The notes beneath the pieces are model-generated. The model was not told the origin of the DNA. It searched no databases and saw nothing but the letters and a program-made list of their open reading frames with translations. From Eledone cirrhosa (lineage: Eukaryota), in the NCBI GenBank assembly GCA_964016885.1, contig OZ024740.1:411680001-411744000 (forward strand): DNA of 64,000 bases, read 5' to 3'. Numbering within the stretch: position 1 is the stretch's first letter; each line of letters starts with the position of its first letter. The translations under genes were made by a program, and so were the position numbers. Positions 53,571 through 64,000 of the stretch are shown here, piece after piece.

Positions 53571-54961
53571 CGAACATAAATAAACAAACAAACAAACAGG
53601 CAAAAAAACCCCAAAAAATGAATAAGCATAAGTTTCATTGTAATGTAGTGTTTGAATGTTTGACTTAGTTTTTCCCTTCCCTTCTCTGTCCATCTGTTTG
53701 TTTTTCTCTTCATTCTTATTTTCTTTACGTTTTTCGTTGTTGCTGTGCTGCTTTGATTTTTATTTTTGTTTTTTTTTTATTTTGACTGGGTCATCAATTC
53801 AGTCGATTTATATATTTTGATGCCTTCCTCTTTTAGTGGGGGTTCTACGATGTAGCAGGGGGTAGCGAGAGAGAATAGCGGCGGTAGTGATAATGAGGCA
53901 GTGGTGGTGGTGGTGGTGGTCGCGGTACTGTGCTAGCAGCAACTAGCAGGAGGTAGTGGGAGAGAATAGCGGCGGTAGCGATAAATCATTATTAGGCAGT
54001 GGTGGTGGTGATGTGGTCGTATTACTGTAGTGATGGTGTTGAAGTTGGAGTAGAAATAGCGGTTGAGTCGACTTAACCAGAGTTTTCATCGTGGTAGTGG
54101 TGGTGGTGTTGGTGGTGAAATTATCTTTAGTTATTTAGTCATTTTGTCATTTTCCTCCTTTTCGACTCTAACATTCCTGATCCAAAATTAAATATTAATC
54201 TTGTTTATTAATATTGTCTAGTGAGGGGAGAGTCTTCGACTTGGCCTGAGCATGGACTCAAACTCAAATGAAATGATACCGCCATCTTCCCCTTTCGTAA
54301 GTTAACAGAAGTAATGGGGGGATAGCGTTGGTAGCAATGAAGGAGTGGTGGCGGCGGTAATGGGATACTGGTAGTAATGATGAATGAGCGGCGGTGGCGG
54401 TGACTGTAGTGATGGCGTTGACGTTACTGAGTTTTGTTGAATGAACTGTATTTTTGTAAAATCGGTGAATCTATGGGGTTAGTCGCGTATATGTGTTGAC
54501 ATATTATCTTAATATTGGAATTAAACATTTTGTTAAAACTTGAGACAATAATAATAGTAATTACTATTATTATGCTGAGATTGGTGGTGGTGGTGGTGAA
54601 ATTGCCGTTATCTGGCTGATGTGTTTAGTGTACACAGAGGGGTGATGGGGTAGGTGGTGTATCTAGTTTCTGGTGTTGGTGAAATTGCTGTTATTTGGCT
54701 GTTCTATATAGTGTAGACAGAGGGGGTTTTCTTCCATTTATAACCATTTTCTTTTTTTAATATAAAATGTATAATACAAAATTATATATTTGAGTGATAT
54801 AACAATATATTATGGATCCGAATTTTTTTGGGACTCAAGTCGGATGTTTTATGTATCATTTGTACTACGAATTGTTATTTCACAATTGATTTAAATATGT
54901 TAAAAAATCAAAACTTACGGGAGCGATTTCACGACCTTCTATCCACCATGTGCGTCTTCCC

Positions 54962-54993
<32 letters not shown>

Positions 54994-57210
54994 CTTGAAT
55001 CTCAGTCATTGATGTTAGTTAACTGGAAAGTCCGTTGGAATGAATATAAAGCCACTACCTGCAGCCTCAGATATTCAGGACGTATCGGAGGGTTCTTGCT
55101 GTTCCCAGCAAGCATGCCTTTTGAAGCGTTCCAAAAAGCGTGAAGGGGAAGATTTTCTTTAACCATCCCTGGAAACTTTTGGAGATAGTCCCCAGTGCGC
55201 CTATGACAATCGGGATCACTTTCACTTCATGGCAGTTCCAAATCCTTTTTACCTCCCACTTTAAGTCCTGGTATCGGTTAATTTTCTCCCTCTCCTTCTC
55301 TTGCACTCTCGTGTCGAATGGGCAGGCCACATCCACAATCAGACACGATCTTTTTTCTTTGTCCACAACCACCAGGTCAGGTCTATTGTGTTCCAGTTTT
55401 TTGTCCGCCTGTATCCTAAAGTCCCACAGCACCTTCACCTGATCGTTCTCCATCACCGCCTCTGGCTTATGCACATACCATTTCTCAGAATGTGGTAAAT
55501 TGTTTACTTTCCACAGGTGCAAGTGGATCACCCTGCCCATCACATCATGTCTCCAGCCCTTATAGTGAGTCTGGGCTAGGTGTTTACACTCGGATACAAT
55601 GTGAGCCACATTCTCCTCTCTCTCTCCACAGATCCTGCACAGTGGGCTCGCCTCCTCCTTGTAAATATGGTGTTTCAACCACTTCGTTTTGAAGGCCTGC
55701 TCCTCATGTGGAACATGTTGTAGATAGTCAATAGCTTCCTAGTCTTCCTATCCATTTCTTTTTGTTCAGCAACATTCCATCTCAGAATTCCCGCACTGTA
55801 CCTAATAATAGACACAGCTCGGGAATTTACTGCGCATATGGCATTTCTGCTGTTCAGATGTGACTTCAATACGCTCCTTATTCTCCGAATGTATTCAGTT
55901 CTTAACAATTCCTTCATTTTTTTGTTCTTTATGCCATCAGCCTCCAGAACGCCCAAATACTTGTATCCTTCCTCAGAGTCAATTTCCTTTATCATCTCAC
56001 CTGTTGGTATCTGGATTCCGTTACTTCTGCTCAACATACCCCTCCTCATCACAATGACTCCACACTTACTAATACCAAACTGCATACATATATCACTGCT
56101 GAAAATACGGACAGTGTCAACAAGTACATCCAACTGCTTCTCACTCTTCCCGAAGAGCTTAAGATCGTCCATGAAGAGGAGGTGATTGATGGTAAGCTCT
56201 CCCTTTCCCAACTTGTATCCTGCTCTCACTTTTCGCAGCATAATGGTCAGGGGCATCATGGCAAGGCCAAAGAACCGAGGGGACAGGCTATCTCCCTGGA
56301 AGATACCTCTCTTGATCTTCACGCTTCCCAAGGATTCTCCAGTTGATGTCAACTCTGTTTCCCAGGACCTCATACTCCTGCCCAGCAACTGTCTGATGTT
56401 ATCTGCCACCTTGAAGATCTCCAGGCTTTTGGTGATCCAAGAATGAGGCACCATGTCAACTGCCTTTCTGTAGTCTATCCATCCCATGGCAAGATCAGTG
56501 TGTCTCTTCCTGCAATTCCCCATTACCATCTTATCAATAAGTAGCTGGTCCTTTGTACCACGTGACTTCTTTCAGCATCCTTTCTGTTCGTCCGGTAACA
56601 CGTTGTTTGTGTGGAGGTGATGGTAGATTTCCACAGACACAATGCTTGTCAACAGTTTCCACATTACGGACAGACATGTGATAGGTCTATAGTTGGTAAC
56701 ATCATTACCCTTGATTCGGTCTTTCATTATCAGAACTGTGGTACCTTTTGTCAACCACTCTGGTACCTCACCTGACATCAAGCAGTCATTGAACATGGTT
56801 GTCAGTTTCGGGTGGAGGGATGTTATATTTTTAATCCAATACCCCTGCACACCATCTGGGCCTGGTGATTTCCAGTTGGTTAGTTTTTTGGCCTGCCCCT
56901 TAAGAGTTTCAACTCTGATACTCAAATCAGTTTGTTGGTGTGCCTGCTCACTGATCTCCCTCTGTACTGTCTCAATCCACCCTGCCTGGTCATTATGTCT
57001 AACATCCTGCTCCCATATTCCTCTCGAGAATGTTTTAGTTTGTTCCACCTCAGGGATCAAGTCGTTGTCTCTTTCTTTCCCCTCAAGCTGTCCAAACAGC
57101 ATCCTCTGGTTGTTGTCAAACATGCGGTTCGGTTTATACTGACTGACACTGTTCTCGTATCGCCTGATTTTTGCACTCTTTGCTACAATGCGTTGCTTCA
57201 GTTCCTCTAT
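54962..57210 (-). mobile_element. R4/Dong-clade element (D3), 5'-truncated, same family as D2
   Basis: RT ORFs 56572-57123 and 55675-56529; CRICGEREENVAHIVSEC plus RLE in 55067-55678; (TAA)n at both ends. Confidence 0.95.
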
Positions 57211-57453
57211 GTTTATTATTATTATTATTATTATTATTGAATGCTATGGCTGACGGAGGCTCGGCTCTGTAAGGTACTGTACATTTTGAACGCTATAACA
57301 ATTGTAAATTGTTTAAAACTTAGACCAACTTGTAGACAAAAACACCCTCCTCCTCGTGAGAGGGGTCTTTCTGCCCGTTATTTGGCCCTTCGGGTTTAAA
57401 TAACTGCTTATTGGGGTTTTGTACCCAATATTTATTTTAAACAAAAAAACAAC

Positions 57454-59554
57454 ATGGCTACGAAAAAGAATTTGCATAGGTCACTCCCACTCATTCCGTC
57501 TTCTTTTTCCTCAATCGTCACTACAGCAGAGAGAAGAATGTCTCTCTCCCTCCCTTCTTTAAATGTGTCTCTCTCCCTCCATTCTCTTTCGCAAGCGACG
57601 AAAGAAAAGAAATGTCTCGTGCAAAGCGTGCAAGGTTTCTCCACGACGACGACGACAGCGACGAAACAGGTGTGCGGGAAATACGAAAACCCAGTTCATT
57701 CGTCTGACGTCAGGAATAATAGCAGTATCAGCCGTAATAACAACAGCAACAGTGACAATGAAAACAACAGTAGCAGCCGCAACAGCATCACCAGCAGCAT
57801 AAACAACAACAGCATTAGCAGCAGCAACACCAACAACAACCACAGCAACAGCGGCGGAGGCAGAGTCGTAGTACATGCAGCAACAACAAAAGTAACAGCA
57901 GCTCTGACGACAACAACAACAACAGCAGCAAAGAAAAAACAATCTCATTTGCAGGTATTGCGAAAAACTTGGAAACAATCCTCATAACAAATGAGGAATT
58001 AGAGGAAGCGAAGAAGATGGTGACAAAGACTGGACACCGAGCAATCTGCAAGGCAGCGGAAACATTTTTCGAAACCCAACAGCACTGTACGGTCACGTAC
58101 CGTACAGTAAGTACAAAATCCCGTAGGGTGGAAAGAGCCACAGAGGCTCAAATACAAAAAGCCTTGGGGTCTGTGTGGCAGCGGAAAACGCACATCACCC
58201 GAGGAAAAAAATATGCCACCGTAGACGTACTTTTTGCCACACCCCAGGAGGCAAAGGCCCAATCCGTAGTGACCCTAAGGAGCGAGAAAGTGGTGTTGGT
58301 GCCCTCCTACTGCGGGCAAAAAATTGTGAGGGTCAAACTGACCCACGTCCCCCCCCCGGGATGGCCCCTTCTTGGCTGGCCGCGTCTGTCCTCGTCGGAA
58401 TCGAGGACAAAACAACTGTACTGCAAGTACAGAAAAAAGTAAGAGAAGATTGGGTCGGCACCTCCATTGAGATGCTATCCAAACCAACCAGGAGTGCATC
58501 GAAGCTATCCCGGATGTGATAGACTTCAATAACGGCACTCAACTGCCCATAAGTGTTGAGGGAAAACGCCCGAAATGCTTTCGCTGTGGATCGAAGACTC
58601 ACCTCAGGGCCTTCTGCAACGAGAAGACCCTGAGAAAGGAGAAAACCCCCCTCTTCCGAAACCGGCTCCACGGCTACCAGCAAGAGGACAAGCGGCAACG
58701 AGGAACGATAGGTCCGTGGCACCCATACCCACGTCACGGAAATCAAAAACAGCAGCAGCAGTGGAAATATTAACAACAACAACAGCAATACCAAATGCAG
58801 CTGCAACAGAGACTCCAGTGCAAACATCACCAACAACAACAAGTGAAAGAGTGGAGCTGGTACCCCTCCCCGAGCTCACAGAATCAGACATGGAGTGTGA
58901 GGTGGGAGAGAGGTGGCAAAATGTCGTAAGAAGGCACAAACGCAGGAGCAGCGCATCGTCGCCTTTGAAAGGGAGGAAAGAAATGAGAAAAGGGTAAAGT
59001 CTACTGCAAAGAGACCCACAGCAGCAACACCACCAACACCATCACCACCCACACTAGCACCACCATCACCACCGGCGACAACCCCACCGCCAACAACACC
59101 TTCAACACCACCACCACAAGCACCAACATCGCAAACACAACAACAAAACACACACACCCAGCAACAACGACAAGAAAATAGCAGAACCACACCCCACCCC
59201 CAGAAAAACAAATGCACGGCAATAAATACACACAACAAGAAACTAATGACTTACATAATTGAACACACAGACATTTCACAACACGACTACATAATACCAG
59301 CACCAATCAAAACGCCAACTAACATAAGACTGCTAAAAATAGCACAGAAACAATACACAAACATTAAAACGAAATTTCCCAACGCAGTTGGTGATTTCAG
59401 GGACCTAGGAGGAACTATCAATCGAAGAGTATATTCAGACATTCTCTTAGAAGAGCCGACGACCAGCCGAAGGGACGATTCAACGGTCCCTTCACCAGAC
59501 GATCAAGTGAAAAGGGATGTAAAAACCATCCCTCCTCTACCAAAAGTACGGTAA
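57454..59554 (+). pseudogene. ORF1 (nucleic-acid-binding, CCHC zinc knuckle), frameshifted
   Basis: N/S-rich N-terminus, SFAGIAK, RRM-like YATVDVLF and VRVKLTHVPP, CFRCGSKTHLRAFC. Confidence 0.85.
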
Positions 59555-59589
59555 GTGGTCTTTCCCATCTTTTCCACTCTATTTTAAAC

Positions 59590-62411
59590 ATGACCTCACT
59601 CAGAATAGGCAGCATAAATGCGCGTGGCTTGGAATCGTCATGGAAGCAGGGTCACCTGCTCAACGACCTCAGGTCACTAAACATAGATGTAGTGGCCATC
59701 AGCGAGACCAGAATCTCCGAAGCACGGGCCTTCGCACCGATCTTCGGCGGCTACGATGTGTACGCATCTCCCAGCCGTCCTGGATCGGGGGGCGGAGTTG
59801 ATGTGCTTTTTCGGAGAGGTTTGGATCTCGCCATACGGGCCATCTTCCTGGACCCAGAGGGTAAGCTGGTGGTGCTGGACGTGACCAGCGGAGACGGGCA
59901 AGCTTTCAGGCTAGTGGCCGTCTATGCCCCGACAGGAGCAGGGCGGCCTGATTTCTTCCGACGTCTGGAGACCTTTCTTGGAACGTCCCGCTCTTTAGTG
60001 CTAGTGGGTGACTGGAACGGGATCTTAGATGCACACTGGGACTGTGTGGGATTAGCGGATAGGGGTGGAGGGTGCAAGAGCCTCACCAACCTGCTCAGGC
60101 GTTTTGAACTGTCTAACAGGTACCGATTGGATTTCCCGAATGCGCCAATGTGGACTTGGACAAATCGCATAGGGTCATCCAGATCATATCTAGATAGAGT
60201 ATTTTGTAGGGAAATAGATAGGTCTAGCATAGGCTGTCCACAATTCAAGATAGTCAGCTACACGGACCACAAATTCGTGATCTGTGTGCTTGACTTAGAT
60301 AGGCTTCATAGACGAGGACCCGGCTACTGGAAGCTAAACGCGTCCTTACCAGCGCGTAAATTGCCTGGTTTGGATGGTCTGCCCTATGAACTTTACGTAC
60401 ATATGCCAGACTTGTTCGGAGGCCTCTTTGCGGACGTCTACTGCAACTGGCAACAGAACGGGAGAATTCCCAGTTCTGTGAGCCGAGGAGCGGTGGCACT
60501 GATGAGAAAGGATCCGAACAAGGGGGATAACATAGATAATTTCCGTCCCATAACTCTGCTAAACACAGAGTTCAAGATTTTGGCCAAGGTGCTAGCAAAG
60601 AGGTTGGCGCTTGTCGTTGGTGGTCTGGTGGGAGAGGCGCAGACATGCGCCATTCCCGACAGATCCATCGACGACAACCTCCACCTCATGCGATACATCG
60701 TAGAGAGGGTAGCTAAGGAACCTGGCACGGGTGGGTCCTTGATCAATTTAGATCAGTCGAAAGCTTTCGATAGGGTCGACCATCGTTACCTAGCGGCAGT
60801 CCTGAGGGCGGCTGGCTTTGGGCCCGTCTTCCGAGGCTGGATCGCTGCCATGCACAGCGACATCTGCTCTGTGGTAAGAGTGAACGGTCACCTGTCGGAA
60901 CCGTTCAACATCATGCGCTCGGTCCGCCAAGGATGTTCCCTCTCGTCCCTCTTGTACGTATTGACTCTCGAGCCATTACTGCACAAACTGGAGACGTTGA
61001 GGGGCGTCCCGCGCGAACTAGGATGCGGAAGATCCGTGTCAGCATATGCGGACGATGTCACCGTAGTGGTGTCGAACTCCAAACACATCGAGGCTCCGGC
61101 ACTACACTAAGAGAATACGAAGCGGTGACAGGAGCAATGATCAACCAGGAAAAGTCAGTGGGCCTGCAGCTGGGCACCTGGAGAGGCAGGTCCAAGCCGT
61201 CCAACAGCGTCGTCGGACGCTGGACGGACGGACCGTTTAAATTGCTAGGGGTCTGGTTCGGTCCGGACCCCCAGACGGACAAAAACTGGGACGAGGTGAC
61301 GAACAGGGTGGCTTCTCTCACCCAGAAATGGGCGGAGAGGAAGCTATCCCTGAAAGGTCGAGCGGAGGTGGCTAACGCGTACATCGCGTCTGTCATCTGC
61401 TACCGCCTGACCGTCGTACCTTGTCCTAAGCCTCTCCTGACTGCGCTGGAGCGTTTGCTCTTTCGCTTTTTTTGGAAGGGACGTGCTCCGATGGTCAGGC
61501 GGTCCATCTGTTGTCAACACCCGCTACGTGGAGGGCTGGGCATGCCGTGGCTGATGATGCGCAGGCACGCGCTCAGGCTACGACATCTCCACCTCTTCCT
61601 CGACGGTGATCAGGTGTGGTCGCCGTTTGCTAGACACGTATTTCCCCAGCTCGTTTCCTTGACGAAGCTGCAGTCCTGGGTCAAGCGAAGACCGAGAGGA
61701 GGCGCCTGGAGACTGGAATGTCTTCAGGCGCTCACAGCCCTCGACCAATCGGGCAATGTGATCGGTGGAAACTCCACCTCGGCGTTCTGTTAAGGATTAG
61801 TGGAGGGGAAGAGCGACGACGTACTTGGGGAAACTCTAGGCGTCGACGAAAATCAACTAGCCAATCTCTTCGGAAGAACTTTCGGGCCAGGGCCTATGGA
61901 CAACTTCCAGAAATCTCTGGCCTGGCAGTGCTACCGAGAAGCCTTGCCAGTTCGGGATAAACTCTACAGGCATGGAGGTGCCGTCAGCCGGGCATGTCCG
62001 AGATGCGCACAGGGCGACGAAACTGTCCTGCACGCACTCGTCCACTGTCCGAAAATTGCTGACTTGTGGGTTTATGTCGAACACCTGCTGTCGCGTTTAG
62101 GACGGATCCGGCTATCATCTGAGTCCATCGTGAGGATTGCCCCGCCCTCCTCCTTTAGCCGGGAAGGGCAGGCAGTTTTTATCTGTCTGGTGGCCATGGC
62201 GAAAGAGATAGCATGGTGGACACGTTTGAAAGGGCTGAAGACGAGCACTTACCTCTTAGGTAATGCTCTGATTGACTTTTTCAAATTTCATTTGAAAAGG
62301 AAAATCAGAGTAGAGAGGGAAGTGCTCTCTTCCCAGCATTTTGTTGAAAGATGGGTGAGAGAAGCAAGAATGGCCCGAGTGATTGGGCCTACTCTGAGTA
62401 TATATCTGTAA
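59590..62411 (+). pseudogene. ORF2 APE endonuclease-RT-CCHC (in-frame linker deletion, frameshift ~61093, stop 61791)
   Basis: SINARGL, AISETR, VYAP, VGDWN, YLDR, YTDH; FRPITLLN, KAFDRVDH, VRQGCSLS, AYADDVT; CPRCAQGDETVLHALVHC. Confidence 0.95.
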
Positions 62412-62690
62412 ATTAAAGGTGGAAAACTGGGAGAGGGCACTTGCCTTGGGGGTCAGGGTCATTGTGGATTTTTACTGGGCTTTCTCCACAAATGCCCCTC
62501 CGAAGTCTCCCCCCCTATTGGGGAATTTTTCATTGTTATCTTTTGTTACACCCTCTGCTTTTTTGTTTGTTTTTTTACACGCAGAAGTGCCCATTTGTAC
62601 CGTCCTGTATTGTCCTGCACTGTCCTTAATGTCTACTTTATGTAAACCCTTGTGGTTAATAAAGAAATCATTATTATTATTATTATTATT

Positions 62691-64000
62691 GAATGCCATG
62701 GTTGACGGAGGCTCGGCTCTGTAAGGTATAGTAATTTTTGACCGTTAAAACAATTGTAAATTGTTTAAAACTTGAACCAAATTGTTGATAAAGACACCCT
62801 CCTCCTCGTGAGAGGGGTCTTTCTGTCCGTTATTTGGCCCTTCGGGGTTGAATAACCAGTTGTTGGGGTTTTGTACCCAAAATTTCATTTTAAACAAAAA
62901 AACATGGCTACCAAAAAGAAATTTCATACGTCACTCCCACTCATTCCGTCTTCTTCTTCCTCAATCATCACTACAGCAGAGAGAAGATTGTCTCTCTCCC
63001 TCCCTTCTTTAAATGTGTCTCTCTCCCCCCCTTCTCTTTCGCAAGCGACGAAAGAAAAGAAAAGTCTCGTGCAAGGCGTGCAAGGTTTCTCCACGACGAC
63101 GACGACAGCGACGAAACAGGTGTGCGGGAAATACGAAAACCCAGTTCATTCGTCTGACGTCAGGAATAATAGCAGTAGCAGCCGTAATAACAACAGCAAC
63201 AGTGACAATGAAAACAACAGTAGCAGCCGCAACAGCATCACCAGCAGCATAAACAACAACAGCATTAGCAGCAGCAACACCAACAACAACCACAGCAACA
63301 GCGGCGGAGGCAGTAGTCGTAGTACCTGCAGCAACAACAAAAGTACCAGCAGCTCTGACGACAACAACAACAGCAGAGAAAAACCAATCTCATTTGCAGG
63401 TATTGCGAAAAACCTGGAAACAATCCTCATAACAAATGAGGAATTAGAGGAAGCGAAGAAGATGGTGACAAAGAACGGACACCGAGCAATCTGCAAGGCA
63501 GCGAAAAATTTTTTCGAAACCCAAGAGCACTGTACGGTCACGTACCGTACAGTAAGTACAAAATCCCGTAGGGTGGAAAGAGCCACAGAGGCCCAAATAC
63601 AAAAAGCCTTGGGGTCTGTGTGGCAGAGGAAAACGCACATCACCCGAGGCAAAAAATACGCCACCGTAGACGTACTTTTTGCCACACCCCAGGAGGCAAA
63701 GGCCCAATCAGTAGTGACCCTAAGGAGCGAGGAAATGGTGTTGGTGCCCTCCTACTGCGGGCAAAAAATTGTGAGGGTCAAACTGACCCACGTCCCCCCC
63801 GGAATGACCCCTTCTTGGCTGGCCGCGTCTGTCCTCGTCGGAATCGAGGACAAAACAACTGTACTGCAAGTACAGAAAAAAGTAAGAGAAGATTGGGTCG
63901 GCTCCTCCATTGAGATGCTAATCCAAACCAACCAGGAGTGCATCGAAGCTATCCCGGATGTGATAGACTTCGATAACGGCACTCAACTGCCCATAAGTGT
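62691..64000 (+). mobile_element. Tandem second Tx1 copy (5' end; runs off the window)
   Basis: Highly similar to the sequence from 57239 onward. Confidence 0.95.
62904..64000 (+). CDS. Tx1 ORF1, apparently intact, truncated by the window end
   Basis: ATG at 62904 (MATKKKFHTS...SFAGIAK...VIDFDNGTQLPIS) stays in one frame to the window edge and lacks the frameshifts of copy 1. Confidence 0.8.
   Translation, partial: MATKKKFHTSLPLIPSSSSSIITTAERRLSLSLPSLNVSLSPPSLSQATKEKKSLVQGVQGFSTTTTTATKQVCGKYENPVHSSDVRNNSSSSRNNNSNSDNENNSSSRNSITSSINNNSISSSNTNNNHSNSGGGSSRSTCSNNKSTSSSDDNNNSREKPISFAGIAKNLETILITNEELEEAKKMVTKNGHRAICKAAKNFFETQEHCTVTYRTVSTKSRRVERATEAQIQKALGSVWQRKTHITRGKKYATVDVLFATPQEAKAQSVVTLRSEEMVLVPSYCGQKIVRVKLTHVPPGMTPSWLAASVLVGIEDKTTVLQVQKKVREDWVGSSIEMLIQTNQECIEAIPDVIDFDNGTQLPIS

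Larger units (their letters stand above)
57239..62690 (+). mobile_element. Tx1/L1-clade LINE, 5'-complete, internally deleted
   Basis: 5' UTR, ORF1, ORF2 (APE-RT-CCHC), AATAAA, (ATT)n at both ends; followed by a tandem copy. Confidence 0.95.

Overview
AT-rich eukaryotic genomic DNA, probably from an octopus or other cephalopod. That is inferred from recalled similarity of the tRNA-derived SINEs to octopus families and from the extreme (TA)n/(CA)n load. The window is almost entirely transposon-derived, and the many 'YIYIYI' ORFs are microsatellite artefacts. It has two compartments. (1) 1-38 kb is (TA)n-rich and packed with Penelope-like retroelements (PLEs: RT plus C-terminal GIY-YIG, CxCx5C linker, probably the Hydra clade) and short non-coding relatives, with many inverted duplications. 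By eye I find about 13 well-formed and several degenerate type I hammerhead ribozyme (HHR) motifs from at least 8 families. They include a two-ribozyme, 446-nt retrozyme-like unit and non-canonical catalytic cores: CCGUNGA in two unrelated families, CCGAAGA in two dispersed copies, and a U3-A8 UUGAUAA. This part also holds a Helitron, four SINEs and a possible 3-exon gene end. (2) 38.5-64 kb holds a DD37D (maT) transposon remnant, then a dense cluster of Tx1/L1-clade LINEs (+ strand) and R4/Dong LINEs (- strand), most of them joined at (TTA)n/(TAA)n tracts. All RNA structures were paired by hand and not computed, and boundaries are approximate.
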